Below, one piece after another: positions 7,854 through 17,237 of a DNA stretch of 27,586 nucleotides. Position 1 is the first letter of the stretch; every line of letters begins with the position of its first letter. Made by a program: the position numbers and the translations under genes. The notes under the pieces are model-generated. The model saw only the letters and a program-made list of their open reading frames with translations. It had not been told where the DNA came from and did no database searches. Origin of the DNA: an uncultured Candidatus Poseidoniales archaeon (GTDB taxonomy: Archaea; Thermoplasmatota; Poseidoniia; Poseidoniales; CAYMED01); the NCBI GenBank assembly GCA_964389655.1, contig CAYMED010000023.1, positions 1-27,586 on the forward strand, in the 5' to 3' direction.

Positions 7854-10800
7854 TCAAGCTCGCCCATTTTGTTCAAGCCATGATTGGCCATAATGGGCCC
7901 ATTGATCCATTGTCCATCCTGGCGGCAGGCCCTCAACTGGAAGTGGTGGCGCGCCCATTGGAACTGCGGGAACAGGGGCTGGAAGTGGTTGGACCTGAGG
8001 GGCTACTGCAGGCGTTTGGAAGACTTGTTGTGCCCCACCATACATTGAGTTGGCTATGGCGTCGTCTGCAGGAACTGACCAAGAATCTTCAGGTGTTTCA
8101 TCTTGGCGGCCACGCATGAGAGTTACCATCATGACACCGATGGCACCAAGAACGATCAAAACTGCAACAATTCCGAGAACTGCAGTGGAGGCAGAAACCC
8201 CTGCTGTAGTTCCTGCTGCTGTTTTTAATGCGGAAGATGGATTCTGGCGTTCATTCCACTTGACACAAGTGGGGAGGGTTATTCCATCCGTACAATGTAA
8301 CTCAAAGACTGCTTTTATCTCATTTTCACGGGTGCCATCAGGATCACTTGTAATTCCAAGATCGATTCGCTCAAGCATGGCCCATTGCGTAGAGAGGATT
8401 TCTTCAACCTCCTCGTCTGTTAGCACTTTTTCGACAACGACAGAATCGAATTGAAGAGGCATGTCTGTATGATATGGCCTTCCTTCAGAATCTACTGCGT
8501 CGAGATAGATTTTCAGATGGTCCCCCTCCATTAATGCATCATATTCAGCTATATTTGATGTGACTTTAATTCTCCAAGTTGGATCATCAGCGGGATTTAG
8601 GTCTTTAATGCCAGAAACGAAGCAAGTTTCGGCATCACAAATTTGCCATTCTATCTTCGTGGGAGTTAAATCAGAAATTCGCTCAAGTTCAAGGGTTGGA
8701 AGAGTCCCTACTGCAACGGAGTCTGCCTCGATTTCAAAGTCCACCGCACCCTCGCCTTTCTTGCCAAGGGTTGCCACCAATGCTTTAACTTCGATATTGA
8801 TTGTGTAAGTCGTGATTCCATTAATTCGATCCGCATCAGAGACTTCAATGCGGATCATATATTCACCTGGTATGTCATACTGGGCTTGAAGGGACCAACT
8901 AGGGTATTCACCGATCTTCGCACTGCTTGCTCCCGAATGGCCAACTAATTCCACGTCAAGATCTTCAAGCTCATTATCTGGGTCGCTGATCGCATCCCTT
9001 AAGGGAATGGTGAATGGCCAAGAAACGCTTAGGTCTGAGAGATATGGAGCGAGTGCAGATTCGTTGATTCGAGGAGCATCATTCACATTGTTGACTGTCA
9101 CTTTGATCGTTTTGCGAGAGAACATTTGGTCCCCATCAACTGCTTCGATGGTTACGAATTCAACCCCTGTAGAATCATCATCAATAGTCTTGATGTCGAG
9201 ATATTGATTATCCCTCAATGTCGCGTCGACAATCTGATTTTGACCGCCGATGATCGAAAATGTCAAATGACGATTTGGAACGATTTGGCCACTACTGTCA
9301 TAATCAAGAATATGATCATATAGATTCATTGATTCGGTTTCAGGTTGGCCTTCTTGCATATTCACTTGCAGAAGTCCTTCGGCCCAACGAGGCATGCCAT
9401 TTTCGATGACGTCAATATACAGGTCCCCACTGGTGGTTTCATCAACTTCGTCTGTAACTCGCAGGAGTAAACGCTGTGGGACCGGAACCCCCTCTGCATC
9501 ATAATCAATGCTTGTGAAATTGACCTTGATCGAAGTTGACGACGCATCCCATTCCACAAAATATGGAGAAAATGATGTGATGCTCAAGTCTGCGAGGTCT
9601 GTTTCAGCGTCATCTACAATGCCATTGAGGTTAATTGAGTCCACTGTATCAACTCGCACCGTAGCATGCGTCAGTTCTATTGATCCTGGTGAAATGGTTG
9701 GTGGGGCATTTAGCAGCTCCATTGCATTCTCACGGACAACCCAATCACTCTGCTGAGAACGAGCATCTGTCAAGGACACACGCACGTCATAGAGGCCCAT
9801 GGGGGCTGAGATCGGAGGGTCTACCCACATCTCATAGTATTGATTTCCAGAAGGACCCTTGAGCCCGCTTCCTCCAGATACCCATGAATCAGTCCACGTG
9901 TTTTTACCATGATCACTGACTTCAAGAGCGGGTACCAGGTCACCCAAATTGTCTATGACATCGTTTGAACGGCCACGTAAATGGACTGATAGGCGGTCTC
10001 CTCGGTCGAGTTGCCCTGATCCATTCACGTTGGGGTCACTCGCTGTTGGAACTTGGTCCACCATGATAGTGGATGTGACTAAATTGTTGCCCGCATTTCC
10101 ATCATCAACCAAATTTGTCAATCGTACGCGGAATGAGTGTGCAGTTACGCCTTGAGGTAGTCCCGTGGTGTCAAATGTTGTAGAAACAGATGTTGCGGCG
10201 CCTGCAACGAGGGGTGTCGTGACTGATTTAGTAGCGAGTTCAATTTGACTTGATCCTTGAAGTCGGTAGAACACCGCATCGGCAGTATCTTCATATTTGT
10301 CAATACCAAAATTCTTGATATTTGCTGAAATCACCAGTTCATCACCTGGAATCATTCCGTTTCCATGGGGCGAATCTGGATTTGTGATCGCTAAATCCGT
10401 AAGTCCTAGATCGATCGGCGGTGCCATGCCACTATCGGCTGCAGTATACACATCGTATTGAGTACCTCCAGCCCAGCCACTCATTAGCGAAACAACGCTA
10501 AGCATATTGTTTGCTCCCCCATTTACTAGACTTGGAGGAACGGTCCATGTCAATTCAGCCACACCTTGAGTGAGATCTACGGTCTCGAAACCAGTACCTG
10601 TGCCAACCATGCCACTACCAGATACATAGGCACCATTGTTCAATAGAAACGCTTTCCAGCAATGGTGGGGTTTAGTCATTCCTCCTACTTGGTAAGGATA
10701 GGAATTGCAAACCTCTTCAGTTACCGCTGCATAAACGGAAAGAGAAGTGGGTGGAGTCCCAGATGTTCCAACATAGTTCACTCGAACGTTGACGTCAATA

Positions 10801-11342
10801 TTATTCCCATTTGGTGTATGATACACCATCATTGCATAATCTGGAGCACTGACATGCATGTTATCTGAAGAGCCGCCTGTGCTGTAGAAAAAGTTGTCAT
10901 AGGTTGTAGTTCCACCGGCACCTGCTTGGTAGCATGTTGTTGTCCCATGCTTGCAATCGCCAAAATATGCCCTTGGCGCACTATTACTCCCACTTGGGTC
11001 GAGGTGAGATATGCGGTTGATGGGGGCAACTTCGCCCGCTTGTGTTGTACGAATTACACCAAAATTGCTAGCGATATATGAGACGAACACGAAATCGTCA
11101 TGTTCCTTGTTTTTCAATGCTTCAAGCGAGGGTGATGCACCAGACTCACATGGAGGGCAATTCTGTCCACCAACATACTCTGCAAAGACTTTGATACCTT
11201 TGTTGTTGGCTGGCATCGTGATTTGGTCAGTGAGGGACTCGATGGGTTCTTCGCCTTCTGGAATCAATAATCCAGTAAGGGCAAAAAGAGTGGACAAAAT
11301 CATCAGCGCCGCAAGACAACTCGCAGCATAAGGACGGGACAT
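7854..11342 (-). CDS. Large membrane-anchored surface protein: thioredoxin/Omp28-like CxxC domain, CARDB/Ig/cadherin-like repeats, TM helix, Pro/Trp tail
   Basis: Hydrophobic N-terminus, FAEYVGGQNCPPC, CARDB-like 'DLGLTDLAITN...ISANIKNFG...DGNAGNN', 'VNNVNDAP' and 'LNAPPTI' linkers, C-terminal TM, and tail PPLPVEGLPPGWTMDQWAHYG. Domain names are from pattern recognition only. Confidence 0.8.
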   Translation of the reverse strand: MSRPYAASCLAALMILSTLFALTGLLIPEGEEPIESLTDQITMPANNKGIKVFAEYVGGQNCPPCESGASPSLEALKNKEHDDFVFVSYIASNFGVIRTTQAGEVAPINRISHLDPSGSNSAPRAYFGDCKHGTTTCYQAGAGGTTTYDNFFYSTGGSSDNMHVSAPDYAMMVYHTPNGNNIDVNVRVNYVGTSGTPPTSLSVYAAVTEEVCNSYPYQVGGMTKPHHCWKAFLLNNGAYVSGSGMVGTGTGFETVDLTQGVAELTWTVPPSLVNGGANNMLSVVSLMSGWAGGTQYDVYTAADSGMAPPIDLGLTDLAITNPDSPHGNGMIPGDELVISANIKNFGIDKYEDTADAVFYRLQGSSQIELATKSVTTPLVAGAATSVSTTFDTTGLPQGVTAHSFRVRLTNLVDDGNAGNNLVTSTIMVDQVPTASDPNVNGSGQLDRGDRLSVHLRGRSNDVIDNLGDLVPALEVSDHGKNTWTDSWVSGGSGLKGPSGNQYYEMWVDPPISAPMGLYDVRVSLTDARSQQSDWVVRENAMELLNAPPTISPGSIELTHATVRVDTVDSINLNGIVDDAETDLADLSITSFSPYFVEWDASSTSIKVNFTSIDYDAEGVPVPQRLLLRVTDEVDETTSGDLYIDVIENGMPRWAEGLLQVNMQEGQPETESMNLYDHILDYDSSGQIVPNRHLTFSIIGGQNQIVDATLRDNQYLDIKTIDDDSTGVEFVTIEAVDGDQMFSRKTIKVTVNNVNDAPRINESALAPYLSDLSVSWPFTIPLRDAISDPDNELEDLDVELVGHSGASSAKIGEYPSWSLQAQYDIPGEYMIRIEVSDADRINGITTYTINIEVKALVATLGKKGEGAVDFEIEADSVAVGTLPTLELERISDLTPTKIEWQICDAETCFVSGIKDLNPADDPTWRIKVTSNIAEYDALMEGDHLKIYLDAVDSEGRPYHTDMPLQFDSVVVEKVLTDEEVEEILSTQWAMLERIDLGITSDPDGTRENEIKAVFELHCTDGITLPTCVKWNERQNPSSALKTAAGTTAGVSASTAVLGIVAVLIVLGAIGVMMVTLMRGRQDETPEDSWSVPADDAIANSMYGGAQQVFQTPAVAPQVQPLPAPVPAVPMGAPPLPVEGLPPGWTMDQWAHYGQSWLEQNGRA

Positions 11343-11401
11343 GACTTTCCCTAGGGCGTCAAGGACATAAAGGTGATCAAAACCTGAGCAGTATCGATTA
11401 G

Positions 11402-12226
11402 ATGCCCTCGTCTCGGTTCAATGGATCTGAAATAAGCCAGTGGTGGGCTCTTTTAGGAGATGATGGAAAAACTCGTCTCATCCCAAAAATAGAGGAATCG
11501 ATCAAGATACGGGGCTTGGGGCGTTTTAACCCCATAGATACGCTCACATCTCTAGATATAGGTGATGAAATCATGCTTGCAGGTAAACGGAGCATTGTGA
11601 TTGAACCTCGCCTTCCTGAATTGATATTGGGTATGGAAAGAAGGGCTCAAATCATTCTGCCAAAAGATGCTGGTTTTCTAGTCTCAAGCCTTGGAATCGG
11701 CAGAAATGATACTGTTCTTGAAGCAGGGACTGGTTCGGGGTCCTTGGCACTGCATGCACTACGTTCTCTAGGCCCAAATGGGCACCTAATCACCGTGGAG
11801 CCCCGTCCAGAACACGCTGAAGTAGCTGCTAGAAATATTTCCGTATCTGAAAGCTGTTGGGTGGATGGACCACGAATCTCTTGCATTGATGGGTGCCTCC
11901 CTGATGCATTGGAGCACATTGATACACCAATCTTTGATGCCGTCCTGCTCGACCTACCTGAGCCATGGCTATTGGTTGAAGCAATCAGGCCGCGCCTCGC
12001 GCCGGGAGGGCGAATAGGTATCTACTGTCCGGTTACCAGCCAAATTGAGGCTTCGTGGTCGGCTGCTGAAATGGCTGGTCTCGATGTGGTTTGGTGCGGG
12101 GAACTAATTCAGAGGCCTTGGGCACGAGCCCATCGCGGAGGCATGCGCCCTGCCAATGGACCATTCGGACACACCGCCTTTATTCTCATCGTACGGCTTG
12201 GTTTTGGCAACGATGAAGAAGAATGA
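11402..12226 (+). CDS. trmI: tRNA (adenine-57/58-N1)-methyltransferase
   Basis: MERRAQIILPKDA, VLEAGTGSGSL, LDLPEPW and GHTAF motifs of the TrmI/GCD14 family. Confidence 0.92.
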   Translation: MPSSRFNGSEISQWWALLGDDGKTRLIPKIEESIKIRGLGRFNPIDTLTSLDIGDEIMLAGKRSIVIEPRLPELILGMERRAQIILPKDAGFLVSSLGIGRNDTVLEAGTGSGSLALHALRSLGPNGHLITVEPRPEHAEVAARNISVSESCWVDGPRISCIDGCLPDALEHIDTPIFDAVLLDLPEPWLLVEAIRPRLAPGGRIGIYCPVTSQIEASWSAAEMAGLDVVWCGELIQRPWARAHRGGMRPANGPFGHTAFILIVRLGFGNDEEE

Positions 12227-12247
12227 ACACACATTCGACAATAACAC

Positions 12248-15200
12248 CTAGTCGATCAAATTTGGTACAACCCTGATTTTTTCATCGCATTCGGGGCATG
12301 TGAAGCGGAATGGAGGGTCCTTGTTCCGTGGAGTTCGCAGCCGAGCTTTGCAAGTGGGGCAATCAAGCCCCCCATTTCGATCTCTTGAGACCTCTTTTGG
12401 CCCTTTTTTGACAACCTCCTCTATCGATGGGGGCACCGGGGCTGGAAGTGTGGGCGCCATCACTGCATCAATTACGGGACCCCCGATATCAGGCCCATCC
12501 GAACGCCTTCTCCCTCTTGCAAGCACACCGAGAAGGAAGAGAAAAGCGGCAATAGCCCACCCAGATGCAATTAAGCCCATCCCCGCATCATTTGAGATTC
12601 TCATGCCAAAGGGTGCGGATAAGCCAGCAGGTGCTTGTTCAACTTTGGCAAAGGTGAGATTCAATTGTGAACTTGCTTGTTGCGTTGCCCCTGCCCCTTG
12701 TGTGAAGGCACGTACTATTAATGTGCGATCATCAAGCATGTTCGTAGATCCTAAAAGGATGCGCAGATGGAGAGTCATTGATGCATGTGGGGCAAGGTCA
12801 ACATCTATGCTAGGTTGGGTTTTATCATCCCCCCAACTAAATGCCAATCCATTCAAATCCCCAAGAAGATTGACCGAGGCGGATATCGGCATATTCAATC
12901 GGTTTTCAACCGTGATAGTGATTCGTGCATCACTCGTCGGTGAGAGATACATAGGTGATGGCGCCGCCACAAGGAGGCCGATTGCGGAAAGTCCATCCCT
13001 ATTGGCTACAGAAATGGCTGTGGTAAGAGTAGAAAGAGCAGACACACCTTGATCTTGACGTGAATGGGCACCGAATTCCCATTGCATCTCACCTGCGATG
13101 CTGTCTTTTGGCACTGCACAGGTAAGGTAAATCGGCACACTGCGCTGACCTGCGTTAAGAGGTATTTCTTGCACAGCTACTCCGCTGATTGCAGCATCAC
13201 AACCTGCTGGAATCTTCAGATCCAAAACATCGTACGTCTGCCCGGCATTGCGCACGTTCATGACGCCAGTGGCATTCGATTCGGGCGCATATTCTGCTGC
13301 ATCTGCAGTAATGTCAATGGAAATTGATGCTGCTGGCCTAAGAATAGATAATGACACATCCGTATTGATCCAAGTACGTGTTTCACTTGACATTGAAACA
13401 GTTAAGGGAGTGGAATTGAGAGGGGGGATGGATCTTTCCAAAATTTGTAGGACAATGCTTCTCTCTTCTCCTGCTGCAAGATCAATTCGACTTGGTGAAA
13501 TAGAAACTTGATGGTCTGGCGTAGGACTTAGAATGAATTCAAATCCATCACCCAATGGACCTGAATTACGAACAGTCAAGTTAAGCCATTCTGTTCGGAG
13601 AGATCCTACAACAACCGCTTGGTTAGGGCTAGTAATGATAGGGATTGGCTCACCCAGCACTACAAGATCCACTGTGAGGTTAGCAAGTACCAGTTGGGAT
13701 AGAGGGTCTTGAACTTCTACAGTCAATATTGACACGGCTGCAAGTGCAGCTGAACGTGCACTAAAATCCAATGTGAAGCTGGTTTTTGCACCGGCATCAA
13801 TGATAAAGGAATTTGCACCTGCGGGCGCAATTAAATCCACATTTGTTGGTACACCCGACCACCCCAGTGAACCATGTAGTGGTGCACTTCCATCATTGTG
13901 AACTTCGATCATGAATGAAACATTTTGGCCGCCCGGAGTGACTTCTACCCTAGCAGTGGGTGGACCTGTGATTCTAGCATCGGATTGACCCAATACTTGG
14001 CCTGAAAGATTCAACCAACTCGAAATCGCTGAAGATGTGGTGGAGCGCGCTCGAACTGTGAAATTAAATGTCCCATTCGTGGTGACAGATGGATTTGCAA
14101 ACAGTTCGATTGTAAACACCCCTGTTGCTCCACGATTTAGGGTGCGAGTATTTGGGGGAGTTGCAGTAATTCCGTTAGGTGTCGTTATATCAAGCGAGAT
14201 ATCTTCATTCTCACTCCCATTATTGCGTACTGAAATGTCAACATCTAGTGATGCGCCTGGTTCAAGTTGAATTGCACTTGATGGTGCTTCAAGGACGAGT
14301 GATCGTAGAGCACCTAAAGTAACTCGATCTGTGATCAGAGTAGAATTTCCAGGGTGATCTAAGTCTGTTGCCTCAATCGATAGGTCACAGATGTCATCAA
14401 TGTGTGCAGTAGATAGTGCTTGAAGTTCAACTGACCAGTTTCCCGAATCGCTGGGAAGGATCCGACTCGCAGGGGTCGAAACGGTAGCTGAACAAGGCCC
14501 ATTAAGCACAGATGCACTCAGTTTCGTAAGGGACGCGAGACTGCCTTGATTTGAAACCACATAGGACAGCATGGATGTTGATCCAGGCAGCAACGAAGGT
14601 GCTCCCGCTGCCCTTGCAACAGATAAACTGACAGAGCCAGTTACTTGTACAACAATTAATGAACCATAACTCATGTTTTCCCGGGTTGATGAGACCCACA
14701 ACCTCAACCCAGTAACTCCAGGGGGTGTATCCGAGGGGATTGATATTCGTAACCTCGAATTTGAAGTAGTATTTGGTGGCACATCAACTAAGGGCGTGTC
14801 GAGCCATTTTACATCCCACCCAGAAGGCACCGCACGTCCAGTTGTTAATGACGCAATGGAGGTTCCACTTCCATTTCCAGTCCCATTTCCAGTTCCGTTC
14901 CCACTGCTTGAAGCACTACATTCTGCAACATCAATACGCACACAAACAGCATGGTTTAGTGATGCCAAGGTTGTCGTGGTATTCGATAATTCTGCCTCAA
15001 GCGTGTGGTTTCCTTCAGTTATTCCAGTCCAGCTGGAACTAACGTCAATAGCGGTAGTTGTTGAATTTACTACTTGCAAGTTTGACCAACTGTATGTAGA
15101 TCCATTGGTTGCTCTTGCCTTAAGGGACAAATCATATTCAAGCCCAGATGTTAGGGATGAGAGATTGACAGTAACTGGCGATGTGGTGGCTGACGAGATG

Positions 15201-15868
15201 TTCAACTCAGACCCGGGTGCTAGGAAACTAATTGCTTCATTTCCTGATGGCTGAAGGGGAGGCGGTGGTGTGTTGTTTGCTTGCCATGATGACCACCAAT
15301 CAGCAATGTTTGGCTCTTGGTCGGCTGAAAGGAGCAATGTATCATTGGCATTCCCAAGATTTGAGATGGGGATTGATACGGTAGTTGAACCTCCTGGCGA
15401 TAGACGCACAAGCCCGTCAATCCCAATACCGCTGACATTCATCGATGCTGCGTGAACTGGGACCACTCTAAGAGCAAGGCCCGCTGTTGAATTCGTCGTA
15501 GATCCATTCACGCGGACGACAACAGAAATGTCTGCACGTTCACCGACACCTGCATCTGGGGCCAAGTCAACCGCCAGCGTAGTTGTTGTCTGCGCATAAG
15601 GATATACTGCAGTGAGATTTGGATTTGCAATTGTAATATTCCAAGGCGCAGATGGCGCTGGATCTAGTTCCACAACGAAATCACGTATTGCTGAATGGTT
15701 GTTCGTTACTGTCAATGAGATCATGGCAGATTCACCTGGCCTCAAAGTTAGGCCATCTAATGACAAATTAATCCTTATTTCAGATACATTAGCACTTACA
15801 GGGATGGATGAAATAAGCAATATGGCAAGAATTGCAACTGCGCCTCCCGCCCCCCGATTGGCTCGCAT
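12248..15868 (-). CDS. Large membrane-anchored Ig-like repeat protein (COG1470/NEW3-like) with a C-terminal Zn ribbon
   Basis: Signal peptide, repeated 'PG...V-x-N-x-G...D' beta-sandwich units, many N-x-S/T sequons, a TM helix, then CPTC...CPEC. Confidence 0.82.
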   Translation of the reverse strand: MRANRGAGGAVAILAILLISSIPVSANVSEIRINLSLDGLTLRPGESAMISLTVTNNHSAIRDFVVELDPAPSAPWNITIANPNLTAVYPYAQTTTTLAVDLAPDAGVGERADISVVVRVNGSTTNSTAGLALRVVPVHAASMNVSGIGIDGLVRLSPGGSTTVSIPISNLGNANDTLLLSADQEPNIADWWSSWQANNTPPPPLQPSGNEAISFLAPGSELNISSATTSPVTVNLSSLTSGLEYDLSLKARATNGSTYSWSNLQVVNSTTTAIDVSSSWTGITEGNHTLEAELSNTTTTLASLNHAVCVRIDVAECSASSSGNGTGNGTGNGSGTSIASLTTGRAVPSGWDVKWLDTPLVDVPPNTTSNSRLRISIPSDTPPGVTGLRLWVSSTRENMSYGSLIVVQVTGSVSLSVARAAGAPSLLPGSTSMLSYVVSNQGSLASLTKLSASVLNGPCSATVSTPASRILPSDSGNWSVELQALSTAHIDDICDLSIEATDLDHPGNSTLITDRVTLGALRSLVLEAPSSAIQLEPGASLDVDISVRNNGSENEDISLDITTPNGITATPPNTRTLNRGATGVFTIELFANPSVTTNGTFNFTVRARSTTSSAISSWLNLSGQVLGQSDARITGPPTARVEVTPGGQNVSFMIEVHNDGSAPLHGSLGWSGVPTNVDLIAPAGANSFIIDAGAKTSFTLDFSARSAALAAVSILTVEVQDPLSQLVLANLTVDLVVLGEPIPIITSPNQAVVVGSLRTEWLNLTVRNSGPLGDGFEFILSPTPDHQVSISPSRIDLAAGEERSIVLQILERSIPPLNSTPLTVSMSSETRTWINTDVSLSILRPAASISIDITADAAEYAPESNATGVMNVRNAGQTYDVLDLKIPAGCDAAISGVAVQEIPLNAGQRSVPIYLTCAVPKDSIAGEMQWEFGAHSRQDQGVSALSTLTTAISVANRDGLSAIGLLVAAPSPMYLSPTSDARITITVENRLNMPISASVNLLGDLNGLAFSWGDDKTQPSIDVDLAPHASMTLHLRILLGSTNMLDDRTLIVRAFTQGAGATQQASSQLNLTFAKVEQAPAGLSAPFGMRISNDAGMGLIASGWAIAAFLFLLGVLARGRRRSDGPDIGGPVIDAVMAPTLPAPVPPSIEEVVKKGPKEVSRDRNGGLDCPTCKARLRTPRNKDPPFRFTCPECDEKIRVVPNLID
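14871..14902 (-). repeat. 12-nt tandem repeat encoding a (GNGT)n linker
   Basis: The plus strand reads CCATTTCCAGTC CCATTTCCAGTT CCGTTCCC; the protein reads SGNGTGNGTGNGSGT. Confidence 0.8.
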
Positions 15869-15925
15869 CAAGATAACGACAGCCGTCTACGCCTTGATTC
15901 CTGCGTCCAAGAGATTATGCCAGAA

Positions 15926-17161
15926 TTAAGCCTGAAGGCTGCGCAGTGCATCATCATTGAGAGATTCCCAAGGGAAAAAGCCATCACTTGCTTTTCGACC
16001 AAAATGCCCACCAGCCGCAGTGGGAGAAAAGATTGGCCGCAACATGTCATGGGCCCCTATAATCGCCCATGGCCGGAAGTCGAAGGTTGAAGAAACTCTA
16101 GAAGCGATTTCATCATCTGAGATTACACCACTTCCAAATGTATCGACCAATACGGAGACGGGTTCTGCAACACCAATTGCATAGGCAAGTTGGATTTCAC
16201 AGCGCCGAGCAAGGCCAGATGCAACTACATGTTTGGCTGCAAAGCGCGCCCCATATGCTGCCGATCTATCCACTTTAGACGGGTCTTTACCACTAAACGC
16301 TCCACCACCATGCCTCCCCATGCCCCCATATGTGTCAACGATGATTTTGCGCCCAGTGATCCCCGCATCTGCGTAAGGACCGCCAGGATCTGCGAAACGC
16401 CCAGTTCCATTGACGATGACTTTTGTATCATTGTCCATCAAGGCACTAGGAATGACACCATCAATGACTGCGCGTCGAATTTCTGATTTGACATGTGCCT
16501 GTTCAGCTCCAATATCACCGCCGAATTGCTCAGCAAGTTCAGAATCATGTTGTATCGCAATAACAACTGTATCAACACGCATGGGTTCGCCCTTTGCATC
16601 ATATTCGACAGTGACTTGAGATTTTCCATCTGGACGTGCCCAAGGAAGAGTTCCATCTGCTCGAACTTCAGTTAATTTGCGAGTAAGCATAAGAGACAAA
16701 TGAGCAGGCAATGGCATCCAACTACCTTCAAGTTCGGGAAACCGTTCAGTCTCATCGCAAGCGAATCCAAACATCAGGCCCTGATCACCTGCACCTTGGT
16801 CCAAGTTATGTTGAGTAACTCCACGAGCGATGTGTGGCGATTGTGTTGTAATTCTAACATCTACGACTGTAAGTTCTGGATCGGTCGCATCCATCCCTAT
16901 TTTGTGTTCAGTATATCCAATCTCGGCAACAGTTGCTCTAGCAATTGCTTCGTAATCAGGAGTTCCACCCGCCACAGTTACTTCACCTGCCAAGACAATA
17001 TATGATTGATCTGATGTCCCCTTGACCAATGTCTCAACTGCAACTCTTGCATTGGAATCGAGCGCTAGGCAAGCATCGAGAATAGCATCACTCACGCGAT
17101 CACAGACTTTGTCGGGGTGTCCTTCAGTTACAGACTCTGACGTGAATAGGTGGCGGATCAT
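15926..17161 (-). CDS. metK: S-adenosylmethionine synthetase, bacterial/eukaryotic type
   Basis: FTSESVTEGHPDK, GAGDQGLMFG, RPDGKSQVT and GRKIIVDTYGG...HGGGAFSGKDPSKVDRS. Start set at ATG 17161 (MIRHLFTSES) because the longer ORF overlaps aspS. Confidence 0.98.
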   Translation of the reverse strand: MIRHLFTSESVTEGHPDKVCDRVSDAILDACLALDSNARVAVETLVKGTSDQSYIVLAGEVTVAGGTPDYEAIARATVAEIGYTEHKIGMDATDPELTVVDVRITTQSPHIARGVTQHNLDQGAGDQGLMFGFACDETERFPELEGSWMPLPAHLSLMLTRKLTEVRADGTLPWARPDGKSQVTVEYDAKGEPMRVDTVVIAIQHDSELAEQFGGDIGAEQAHVKSEIRRAVIDGVIPSALMDNDTKVIVNGTGRFADPGGPYADAGITGRKIIVDTYGGMGRHGGGAFSGKDPSKVDRSAAYGARFAAKHVVASGLARRCEIQLAYAIGVAEPVSVLVDTFGSGVISDDEIASRVSSTFDFRPWAIIGAHDMLRPIFSPTAAGGHFGRKASDGFFPWESLNDDALRSLQA

Positions 17162-17237
17162 AGTTGTGTCCCGATTGCATCTGAATATGAACCTCACGTA
17201 GCGCATGATTGAAGGATAACGGGTCGTGCAGACTCTC

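Noticed and set aside
12300-15254. Long + strand ORFs (250 aa at 12300, 193 aa at 14673 with a PFPV repeat)
   Set aside because: Antisense shadows of the 1207-aa gene; the PFPV repeat is the reverse reading of GNGT.
17162-17237. SAM riboswitch upstream of metK, or a real 26-aa MetK N-terminal extension
   Set aside because: Only about 76 nt of divergent promoter space with no recognisable SAM aptamer; the extension overlaps aspS and precedes the conserved MetK start.
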